Assembly (NCBI RefSeq): GCF_001949145.1 | Contig: NW_019091355.1 | Coordinates: forward strand, 2,648,646 to 2,712,645 | Source: Acanthaster planci | Lineage: Eukaryota | Reading direction: 5' to 3' | Length of the DNA: 64,000 bases | Shown: positions 26,401-36,100 of the stretch, piece after piece | Layout of the letters: each line of letters begins with the position of its first letter | Numbering within the stretch: position 1 is the stretch's first letter | The notes under the pieces: generated by a model | Told to the model about the DNA's origin: nothing | Database searches by the model: none | What the model saw: the letters and a program-made list of their open reading frames with translations, nothing else | Position numbers and translations under genes: made by a program

Positions 26401-27683
26401 TTCACTGGGGCCGGAGGGACCTGCCCAGCCGACGACATCGAGATGACCAGTGTGAGTCGGCTCTCTGATTGAGTTCACGAAAGGAGTCAGGAGATGCCCG
26501 AGCCGTTCTTGATTGAAATGACTGTTCAAGAAACTTAACCAGTGGCAAACAAGGGAACCCTCAACATTTCACCCACATCATGTCAGTTTTATTCAGGATG
26601 CCACATCAAGCAGTACATCAAAACTTAGGAGATCAGGTTGCTCTTTCTAATGAGCAAATTAACGCAAAATTTCTGGGAAAGAACTGCCTTGAGACTCATT
26701 TTGTGCAATCAAGTTGCATCTGGTTCATTATGTCTTGTCTAGAAAATCTGTTGTTTCTTTCCTTACTTTCTTTCTTGAAGTGTTGCCAATTTTTTTGTTA
26801 AAGAGATTCAGATTTATTGATAATGCCGGCTTTGCAAATTATTTGAAAGAGTTTAATGTGTCAGACTGAAGGAAGTCAAAACATTGATGTCCTGAAAATG
26901 TAAGAGGAGATATTTTAAACTGACCTAGTGGATTGATCATGTTTGTTTGTTTAGTTTCACCGTAACTCCAACCAGATGCCAGATGTTAGAATGGAGTCAG
27001 AGCAGCAGCTTGGAGCCACTATGCCTGGCGACCGTTCCCAAGGTCAGGGGTCATTGCCTCGGAGTCATAATGACAGCATGAATAGATTGCCCGACAGATC
27101 GTCCCAGACCAGCATCCACTCACAGGGCNGTGCACACATCAAGGGCGGAAAGAACGGGTATGAGGCTGTACCCACGCAGGAGGATCCGACAGGCAAGCAA
27201 GGGGTCCAACCCAAGAATGATTCTGATACGTCACTGGAGGGGCCTGGGGACCCGGACACTTTGCCCCTCAAGCACCCGAGGGCATCCAGTGATCTGGGCA
27301 GCGAGAGTGAAGAGTCAGAGGGGGAGGGGGACCTCGTTGATGTCCCAAACCCCCAGATACAAGCCCTGCAAAACCACCTTGGGGGCAGCGACCATGACAG
27401 TGGGGACTATACCTGGGACGAGCACAGTTCCCCGGGACTGCGGATTACGTCGCCCTATGCCCACGACTCGTCACCCCTGCACCAGCCAAGAGGTCGAGGG
27501 CGCTTGGATGGCGTCGACGGAAGCAGGTCACCTGACCGAATCCATATCCATGAGAATCCCCTGGAGAACCCAGGGTCCAAGACCGATGCAATGAATAACG
27601 TCATGTCGGGAAGCCCTAAGGATGCCTACTATGGTGATAGGTTAAAAGACGTCGTCGAAGGCAGCCCACCTTCAGCTGTTTAA
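11238..27683 (+). CDS. Multi-EGF single-pass transmembrane protein, EGF/neuregulin-like ErbB ligand precursor (5'-incomplete). Join 11238-11406,11892-12034,14798-14900,15768-15901,16632-16737,19433-19549,20890-20957,25837-25939,26313-26451,26955-27683
   Basis: Ten exons with AG/GT ends and mutually consistent phases give an open frame of about 602 aa. It contains 7 six-Cys EGF modules, the TM segment MIITICVIFLAMLIVIGLVVVIYI followed by RNR, and a cytoplasmic tail ending SPPSAV*. No signal-peptide exon was identified. Confidence 0.85.
11892..12034 (+). CDS. EGF gene exon B (end of EGF2, and EGF3)
   Basis: ttgacag acceptor; CKCSCDDNYVGETCGIMCDKTCGDHGTLDHDTCSCRCDDGYYGDACL; a|gtgagt donor; phase 2->1. 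Confidence 0.9.
14798..14900 (+). CDS. EGF gene exon C (C1-C4 of ErbB-type EGF4)
   Basis: TADQLCHNNSYCLNGGTCHSVEDPKTRELLSLC; ag|gtaagc donor; acceptor at 14798, or in frame at 14807; phase 1->2. Confidence 0.85.
15768..15901 (+). CDS. EGF gene exon D (C5-C6 of EGF4 and compact EGF5)
   Basis: ctccag acceptor; CPRTFMGDRCEIPKCNLDCGLHGSLHEEECRCVCEPDYRGTYCQ; g|gtgaga donor; phase 2->1. Confidence 0.9.
16076..16231. mobile_element. Small degenerate MITE-like inverted-repeat element
   Basis: tatagagtaccgaagagtgacgtcac ... gtgacgtattctcttggatactctgtata form imperfect TIRs with TA ends. Confidence 0.5.
16632..16737 (+). CDS. EGF gene exon E (C1-C4 of ErbB-type EGF6)
   Basis: Not in the ORF track. 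ttcccag acceptor; LVDDHTEPCGPEYEHYCMNGGTCIHLKGIMRPSC; ag|gtaaga donor; phase 1->2. Confidence 0.9.
17711..17900. mobile_element. hAT-type MITE
   Basis: TIRs cagtgttgcagttgagacca / tggtctcagctacaacactg; 8-bp direct repeat tctaacac at 17703-17710 and 17901-17908. Confidence 0.85.
19433..19549 (+). CDS. EGF gene exon F (C5-C6 of EGF6 and C1-C4 of EGF7), symmetric phase 2-2
   Basis: Not in the ORF track. ggcag acceptor; CPILYYGDRCDLLEPELDCGCMNGGRCQYNPRLEAYMC; at|gtgagt donor; 117 nt. Confidence 0.88.
20890..20957 (+). CDS. EGF gene exon G (C5-C6 of the juxtamembrane EGF, and stalk)
   Basis: Not in the ORF track. aacag acceptor; CLKKFTGERCQFKSLPPSRPNA; a|gtaagt donor; phase 2->1. Confidence 0.88.
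23530..23580 (+). CDS. Candidate alternative stalk micro-exon of the EGF gene with an RVKR site
   Basis: ttgctag acceptor and tg|gtatgt donor; 51 nt, phase 1-1; encodes PPHHHRAHRVKRYMLS. Confidence 0.45.
25837..25939 (+). CDS. EGF gene transmembrane exon
   Basis: tttcag acceptor; TKENSRKMIITICVIFLAMLIVIGLVVVIYIRN; ag|gtcagt donor; phase 1->2. Confidence 0.9.
26313..26451 (+). CDS. EGF gene cytoplasmic exon 1
   Basis: catcag acceptor; TAREKERREKLEEMIQDQRTGMRLQAPLQFTGAGGTCPADDIEMTS; gtgagt donor; phase 2->0. Confidence 0.85.
26955..27683 (+). CDS. EGF gene terminal exon (low-complexity cytoplasmic tail)
   Basis: tttgtttag acceptor, phase 0, in frame with ORF 26976..27683; GC-rich relative to the flanks; ends SPPSAV*. 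Confidence 0.87.
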   Translation, partial: FHRNSNQMPDVRMESEQQLGATMPGDRSQGQGSLPRSHNDSMNRLPDRSSQTSIHSQGXAHIKGGKNGYEAVPTQEDPTGKQGVQPKNDSDTSLEGPGDPDTLPLKHPRASSDLGSESEESEGEGDLVDVPNPQIQALQNHLGGSDHDSGDYTWDEHSSPGLRITSPYAHDSSPLHQPRGRGRLDGVDGSRSPDRIHIHENPLENPGSKTDAMNNVMSGSPKDAYYGDRLKDVVEGSPPSAV

Positions 27684-28390
27684 AAAAAAAAAGGCCATCC
27701 GCACCTTTGCATTGTAAGATAATGCCTTGATATTTATATTTTATAAGTGTATAGAGAGAGCCTACAGTTCCAAGTTTGTGTACAGTCAGCTTGACAAATC
27801 TCACTGAGTCGCAGTGAGGAGCGTGTTTTTGCCAGTGAGAGGATAAGTTACGAGAGAAAAGCCAAGAGGACAGCGTAGCAAGCAAGGAATGACTAGGGAG
27901 AACTTTAGGCTTGCTTTTCAAAACAGCATTTTGCAAGTTGTTGCCTTTTGGGGGATAATGTGGTCAGATTCAGTTTATTCCAAATTGTCCATGTATTTGA
28001 AAGCGTTTAATTTCAAGAAGATGGAAAAAAACAGCATGTCCAGCGGCAACCCCATGGCTTAGAAAGATGACTTACACATACCTTGCTGACCTTGTGGTCC
28101 AGGTTTTGCACAAATACCGTCTGTACTATTTTAAGCAACTGTTATAATAATTGGTCTCATTTCAGTGAAGGTTTGGATATTATGTTGTTAACGTTGGACC
28201 AAAAAAAACCAGTGAATCCATAAAATGTAAAATGTGAGATGAAATATTGTTTTTCTACCTGTCTAAGGCATAAAAACTTGCACTAGACGACAGCGATTAT
28301 TAGCTTGTGCAGGATCCGGGTTATCTTTCAAAGCATCGGCCGCATTCAGAATTATTAATAAGCATCGTCTTAATATCTTGATGAGAAAAG

Positions 28391-28566
28391 AATATGGCCA
28401 TTTCACAATAGTGCGCCACCAAGAGTTTGCAACACGTTGGCCAGTCACAGTGCGCAAAATTTGTCGACCCAATGCGCGTTTGGAAAGGGTCGACAAATTT
28501 CGTGCGTTATGATTGGCCAAAGTGTTGCAAACTCTTGGTGGCGCACTATTGTGAATTGCCCATATT
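28391..28566. mobile_element. Fold-back (palindromic) MITE downstream of the EGF gene stop codon
   Basis: aatatggccatttcacaatagtgcgccaccaagagtttgcaacac pairs with gtgttgcaaactcttggtggcgcactattgtgaattgcccatatt; inner aaatttgtcgaccc pairs with gggtcgacaaattt. Confidence 0.8.
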
Positions 28567-30172
28567 GAATAAACAGAGGTGAGCTCATGTTGATCCGTCT
28601 ACTGAAACAAAAATATTTTGTTCACTTCGGAAGTGACTACCAGGTCACATTTCTCCAATTTAGCCCAAAAAATGCAACAAAAACATATACATCTGTTAAT
28701 GCCTTGGTTTGTTTACATTATTAATTGTTAGCCTATATCATCAAATTTCTGAAAACTTTTATCACCTTTGATGAGTACCTTTGTGGCTCTGCTGAATATT
28801 TTTCGAGGCCAGACCTTAAAGTTTCCTATGTCTAATACTCCAAATCTTCCATTTCCAAATGATTATATTAATTTAGATGGTTCAAATGTTATAGAATTGT
28901 ACATTTTATTACCAAGATGTTTAACTGTAAAGTGTCAGTTTTTTTCTTCCAAAATCACTTAAACTTAGTTTTGACCAGTTGTAGCCAAAATGAACTCAGT
29001 GAAATAGGAGTTCTTGGGTACAGTATTGTTTTTTCTTTCCTAATATATAAGAGGCTATTTTGAATAAATCCATACTTCTCTACCAGTATATATGTCAAAT
29101 AAATAATGAACAAATTGACCGCTTGCAAAGATGTTAAGGGTACTTAAAGCACAGCCATTCAAATTCATATGAATACTTGTACATGCATGAGGTATTGTCC
29201 ATGTTTTTCTTCCAGTCGGAAGAATAAGCCTCCCTTGTAAGATGTATAAGCTAGGGTAAATATTTGAGGAGAAACATCGTAGATTGCCTCAGATTTCATC
29301 GATTAGTGTTAGGAAGGGGTCGGTAAACAGAGTAGAAATAACGGCCAAATGTGATTGCTAAACGGTGATAGTTCGGCGTTTTGTAATTCAGTAATTGTAG
29401 CTCTTCTATTGTCGTCCGGAATTCAAATGTACCGTGGTGGCATGAAATGATTTGTATTTATGTGTTGCGAGCTTTGTAAATACATGTGTGGCCATTGTAG
29501 AAACAAAAGATTTCATGCCAAGTTATCACGCCGCCATTATGCTTTTAATATACCACATAAACCAGGCAAGCAATAGAGACAATTTACCAAATCCGGTTCG
29601 GTTAAAGGTTGTCCAGCCTAGTCCGCAAGAATACAGGCCTTGGTTATCGTAAGGAAGTCGAGTTTAAAATGTTGAAACCCTCATATCTCCAACTTGTACA
29701 TGTCAAGATCGAAGCTATCTTGATCGAAATAGTATTCATCAGTGGATATGTGTAAAACCATAGTTAGAAATAATATAAGCTCCATAAATCCTCACGTGTA
29801 TCTTTGTAGTACAGATTATGTGAATACTTCCGAAACACAGAAGATGTGTCTCTCATGGTCAAGAACTTTAAGTAACAAAGGGGAGGGGCTTACTCAAAGA
29901 GAAAGGTGTTTTGTATTAACCAAAATAAAGTTAGCTTGATTGGGGGATATCGAGCTGCGTGCGGCATGCGTGTTCAATTTGACTGTTTTTCTTCAAAAAG
30001 CATGTTATAAAGCCCAGAATGTAATCTCACCCCTCTGAAGGTCCATAAAAGGGTACTGGAAAAAAATCCAAACTTTTGCCCTCCCCCCAAAAAAGTTTGG
30101 TTCTGGATCCTAACTTGTAATTCCTTCCTCTTTGAATCCCCTACTGAATGTCATCTCTTGCCTACAAAATTC

Positions 30173-30298
30173 TATAGAGGCTTTGCGTGGTATCCATCTT
30201 GCAGATGGGTTCTTTTGTTCCACAGGGAAACCTCCTTTGTGCATATCTTGTGAAACAAAAGCACTGGCCTGCAAGATGGCAGCCATACAAACTCTATA
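30173..30298. mobile_element. Palindromic MITE, copy 1
   Basis: tatagag...ccatcttgcag...ctgcaagatgg...ctctata; related to 30939-31051. Confidence 0.75.
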
Positions 30299-30938
30299 TC
30301 GGGAGTATATTTATTGGAAGGCTGAATGTTCTTGTCAGTAATTGTCATAATTATCGCTCAGAATTTTGATGTCGGTATATATTAGGCCTACAGTTGCGTT
30401 TTTCATTTGCAGCATTTTGAAAACGATTTTTAACTGTAATATGAATTTGCGATGTTATTTCGTTTGAGCACACAGATAAAGTTTGGGGCTGCAAAAGTGC
30501 TGTTTACTGGAAAGTTATAATCTTTAATGGCAATGTCACGACTTAATATTGCCAAGACTGTAATTAAATCAATTTCGCATTATAAGGCGAACTATGTCTT
30601 GTATAGTTGAGTTGACCAGCATTGTGAACTATTGCCGTTTTTTTCGGCAATGGAGTTGTTTGTTAAGTTCGACTTTTAATTCCCAGACAGCCATCAAGGC
30701 CGTCCCTCAGAAAATCGAGTTACTCTATTTTCGTGGCCCTATTTTCCCATTGTACTTTTAATTAGGACACGTGTGACCATTTTAATAATTGAATTATAGT
30801 ACACTCCAGAGTTGAGAACGCGTTTAGATGTGAGACGTCTGGTAGCTTTTCGTTTTCATTCCCACCAAGATGTCACACCCCTGCGTAGTTATGGAGACTA
30901 TACTGAGCACGCATTTAAACGGGTTGGAGGTTCAATAG

Positions 30939-31051
30939 TATAAAGGTCTGCAAGGCTGCCATCTTGCAGGCAAGGGCTTTGTTCCACAGAGGAGGTTTCC
31001 TGTGGAACAAAAGCCCTGCCGTGCAAGATGGCTACCATGCAAAGCCTCTAT
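30939..31051. mobile_element. Palindromic MITE, copy 2 (inverted relative to copy 1)
   Basis: gccatcttgcag...ggaggtttcctgtggaacaaaag...gcaagatggctaccatgcaaagcctctat is the reverse complement of copy 1 segments. Confidence 0.75.
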
Positions 31052-31528
31052 TTGTAAACTTTTTTACATCATCAACATTTATTTCCATAATGCCATAATT
31101 TTGATGTAACAAATTTACAAACGATTAATGAAGAATATTATAATGAATACACCTGTAGAGAAGTCAATCAAAGGAACAGTAAATCAAGAACAAAAGGGCG
31201 ATTATGATGGCACACCTCCCGTACCTCGTGCTTATAAGAAGATGCCATACATAAACAAGAACAAACAAACCAAACAATACAAAACATCATGTCTTTGTCT
31301 GCACGTGAAAGTGTGTCTTTACTTTGATTTTCTGCTTTTCAAGTACAACCGCCGTATAATATAAAGTAGGTATTTTGTATCAACAGCTGTATATTGGAAA
31401 TCACTTTAGCAAATTGTTGCATTTATTGTATAAATATGCATAGCAGCTCGCTGATAATGGTATCATTGTACATAGGTAGACATTATGTCATAGGTTATAT
31501 GGAGATACAGTCGAGCCTTGATAATAAG

Positions 31529-31807
31529 CAAAGATCGTATAGCGCCTAAGGCGCAAGATGGTTAACTCTGTCCATAAGATGTAATTACCATGAGTGCCAT
31601 TTGAGCAAGCGATACGCGTGCGCAGTTTAAGGTAATGCGTGAACGTAGGCTCACCAGGTGCACGTGCCTGCCGCGGCGCCTGCGCCTTAATGTGCATCGC
31701 GAAGGCGTATTGCTTGCTCAAATGGCGCCCATGCGATTACAACGTTTTACGTGTATTCGCCGTGAAGTTGGCACTCTTGGCCGCTTCGCGGCGCTGTACG
31801 ATCTTTG
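31529..31807. mobile_element. MITE with an 8-bp TSD (hAT- or P-like)
   Basis: TIRs caaagatcgtatagcgcc / ggcgctgtacgatctttg; direct repeat ataataag at 31521-31528 and 31808-31815; internal IR ccatttgagcaagcgatacgc / gcgtattgcttgctcaaatgg. Confidence 0.85.
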
Positions 31808-33137
31808 ATAATAAGAGCACTGTCAGTACAGCACTATGCTAACACAACAGGAAAAACGTAGGCTATAATACTTTTATCTTCGTTGTTTTCTTTCCTGAGA
31901 GGTAATCTCCGAGGTAATTTTCGAAGGACCTCTTATTATTGTAAATGAGGTTTGACTGCACTCCATCGATCTATATACTGTAAAGCTCTGCCGCCGTCTG
32001 CAAGTCGATGGCTACTTCAATGGTGTTGGAGCAAAATCGTAACTCTTCTGTACATAAAGCTGTTCACTCTTCGATAAATTGGAATAATGATGATAACGTC
32101 ATTCCAATATTAACTTTTCTCTTGATAGAACTATGCTTGATGTTGCGTTTGGTTTTGAAGTAAGTTAATTTATTACAGTGCGTCATCGTGACGTGGACAG
32201 ATTTTTTTGTTTGTATTTTTGTCGTGTTCCCGTGTCAAAATGCTTTGTAATAAAGCCGTATGCAATGTACTCTGCAGTTGAGTTTTCCCTGTTCTTTCTT
32301 ATCCGTTGGTGTTTCAAGATCGGTGGCACTTAAGGTATCATGTTGGACCACACTAACGGCGAGCAATAAAACGCTCTGACACTGCCCTTGGACTGGAGAC
32401 CCGTCTGTATTGTAGATCCCGCATTCGAACGTCATAGATGGCAGTTTCACGGACTTCTTGACCGCTCATAAAATTCTCGACCAAAACCATGCACGTAAAT
32501 ATCAGCAAAACCTAACATCAAAACCACAGGAGAAAATGTCTGTCTGCGATAGCTGCATGCTAAGCAACGAAGAAAGCACCGTCTTTTTTATACACTCGTC
32601 AGTGAATCTCTCCGGGAAGCCCAGACGTAAACGCAAATTTTATGCACAGTTAATAACTGAGTTATTGCATTGAAAAGCAGCATGCAACACTGAAGCTAGG
32701 AGAATCGTGATTGTGCGTGGGCGAACGTTCACCGAGTACAGTAACTCAGCCTGAGTGGTAATACGATGAAATTTTAGGGACAGAAGAAACACAAACCGTC
32801 GTCTCAGAATCATGATGTGGATTTTGTATTTGGGGAATAAATCTGTGAAGAAAGTACAGCCCGACTTCCAACGTGTCATTCGCTTGTGGCTTTTTGACGA
32901 ATGTTCCGATCATGGGTGGCTGCTTAATGAAGCGTTGCTTGGGTTTGGTAATTGTAAAAATGTGTGTGGGATGAGGACCAGCGCGCACATAATATGCAAA
33001 TGAGTTTAATGACTTGAAACATGATTTTAAGGACAGAAACGTCGTTCCACCTCGCGTCTTTCGGTTTTTTTTTTCGGTCAGCCGGCTCACCTATCCATTT
33101 CCAGAGTGGCATTATACCATTTATATTGTTTTACCAG

Positions 33138-33197
33138 CAGCAATTTCGTGAATTCGAGTGCTGCCAACAGCAATTTCGTGAATTGGAGTGCTGCCAA
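33138..33197. repeat. 30-bp tandem duplication
   Basis: cagcaatttcgtgaatt(c/g)gagtgctgccaa x2. Confidence 0.9.
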
Positions 33198-36100
33198 CAA
33201 CAGTAGCTTCAAAATGACCCCTCAGTCGTTTGTGGTGATCAATCCACTTCTATAACCAGGTAGCTCCTGTGGGTGTGTATAAAATCATATTTAAATCGGA
33301 TCTAGTCATGTTAGGGTGAAACAATTATGTTCCTGCTCCACAAAAGGGGGCTGCATTTGGCGGAGACCGCGGACGGCGGTGACTTCTTTGGCAAGAATCC
33401 ACCAAATTTACTGGCAAAAAGGGAAGGTTGTCCTGTGCCTGGGCACAGACGACCGCAGGCGTATGCTCACCGTGTGAGTCATGGTGTGATCATGGAACGA
33501 TTATTGAAGGCGATTTTGCGAACGTTATTTTTTTTTCTTCAGGAATTTTCTTGTCAAGCGACTTCGTAACAAAGATGTGCTGTCGTCGTCAAAAAAAAAA
33601 ACCACGCCTGTAATACCTGACCTGAGTTATCGCAGTCATTAAGATAGGCTGGTAGCAGTTGAAGACGTCGTGAACGGTTCTTCAAGCCGAGCTTGTAGAC
33701 CATCATTTTTGTGGTCGAATCCCTTGACCCATCAGTTCAGCCGCCCCCCCCCCTCCTGTGGTAGACGGTAGTTCTCTTTATTTTGCATTCAAAGACAACG
33801 ATCTTGCATCGTCTGGAGTACAAACCATTGTAGTCATGAACAGCCGAGCCAATGCGAGCTTGTGCGTGAGGAATGCTCGAAATTTCAGGAGTATTACCAC
33901 GCCAAAACAATATGGACCATGACTGTATAAAGCCTATTGCGTATGTAGAGGTTTGTGGCCACAGGATCCATGAAATGGGAATCAGACCTTTCATCGTCGT
34001 GTGTATGAGATGAGACAAGCACTACTCGTGACGAAGCATGTGAGATATCGGCATTGAAGCTTCATCGGCAATGGTTGCTGTGCACCTTGGCTGGCTAGGT
34101 AAGCACGCAAAGTAGCAACTGGCTTGGTGTAAATGTTGACTTGCTAGCATTTTGGACAATCACACTAGCACTAGACAGTCTCTTGGGAGAGACGGTGGGG
34201 GGGATTAGGGTAATCATGGTTCGCAAAATGTCGACCAATCTTCTTTGGGCTGCGTGGGTTATTAGGTTGGGTCGAGTCGGGTTTGGGGCTGAACGGTGCC
34301 GTTCATTGTAACTAAATGAAAATGACAAAAAACAGTCTCCAAGACACCAGCAAGGCATAACCTCGGGCGCTGAAGGGTGGACATTTATTTCACCGAGATC
34401 TCAACCAACTTGAGTCAAACCGGAAAATGTGTGGGGGAGCTTTGAGTGTGTACTCCATCCTTAAATCTAACTGGACAGTATTGGCCAAGGGGCGGCGCTC
34501 TTCACATCGGCACATTAAATTACGTTGTTCGACATCAATTCAAGACACTCGTGAAAGGGAGCATGATACTCCCTTAACCCCGCCGCTTGGTCTCAGATGC
34601 CATTTTTGGCTGTACAGGCCGTCACGAACAACGTCACAGAACACACTTAAAAACTGTATACAGGTAAGGATTGTGCATTTATACACTGGCCTAGTACATT
34701 AAATTTTAGTAAAAAGGGACATTGGGCTTTTCTGATATTGCAGATAGTTTTCCTTAAAAATGTTAATAATTAATCTCTTTTATCAAAGCACGTGTATTTG
34801 ACAGAGGTTCGAGACAAGGTGGGCAGTAAACGAATATATCTGTCTCCTTTGGGAGCACCAAAAAGAGGGTCAGTCGGACATGAAAACCGCGACAAAAATG
34901 AAAATGAAGCCCCAGTGAAAAAAAGTACAATAACACCCATCGGTTACACAAGCTGTGCTGGTGGTTTATAGTCGCCACTCCACGGCGTAAACGGCGTCGT
35001 TGCCAGACGGCGCTGGCTAAAGCACGCGCTGGTGAGAGAGTGTAACCCTAGAACAAAATGAGAATTGATCAAGAGCAAGAGAGCCAAATCAAATATTAAA
35101 TTATCCCGGGGTAAGTGGCTTAGGGCCAATTAGATTATCTCTGGATGGGATTTGTATGATGTCGCGCATGACCAGTAGTGTGATAACATCCCTTGAGCAG
35201 GATGCGTCGCATTGACAGCTTTGGTTAATACAAGATCCCGTCTCGTGTCAGTGGCACAAAAAGCAACGGCTGTTATATGAAGATATCAGTAAGTCAACAT
35301 TTACTCAGGTATAGGTGTTGGAATTGGAACACTTTTTGGTTCCTCTTTAACCCTAACAGTCCCGAATCCTCCAATTTTAACACGATTTTACAGACACCCT
35401 TGGGGGTTAGGCTTAAAGAATGTGTCGATTTGATCTCGTGTTGGAGCGAAGTTTGTGAGGCAGATTCCGTCAACATGTGAAAGTATTGTCTGAATTATTG
35501 TCCTTGAAACCTTTGTTTCTGTCTTTCAGGATGACTTTTTCCTGCAAACAGGAGCCGATTAACTGAAGTATTGGATGCATGTAGTCCCCGCTGTGAATAA
35601 TTTTGTAATATTGACACATCAAAGAGTCGCTGGTTACCCCAAGCCTTCCTGGACGAACGGAGAGTTCCACACAACTGCGAGCGATAATTACCAAAGACGT
35701 CACATGACTTCAAAGTTTTCTGATTCTTTCCACGCTTCCGGGGCTGTCGTCCAATCATCCGCATCCAATCTCAACCTCCTAAAATATTCATGCGCAGTGC
35801 AAGCGGAATCATGCGGGGCGCGCACACGCCTCGGTGGTCTTGAAGTCGCATCCCTGTGCTGCATGGACTCTCGCCCGTGGGCGTTTATGAGAGCCTACGA
35901 CACGGGTTTCTTAATGTGCGAGAGGGGTCGCGAGCCAGTGTTTTGTTGAGGGAGATGTTTTCAAGTCGATTAGTGGATGTCAACGCTTCAGCTGTGGGCG
36001 ACGTTAGGAAACAGACAGCACTTAGCTGCTCGTGAATTGGACTAGCGACCCACTTGCATTTACTTGAGGTAAACTAATAAATTTATTTTATCTGCTGAAT

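Noticed and set aside
27129..27129. Ambiguous base n in the terminal exon as a possible lesion
   Set aside because: A single undetermined base; the frame is preserved.
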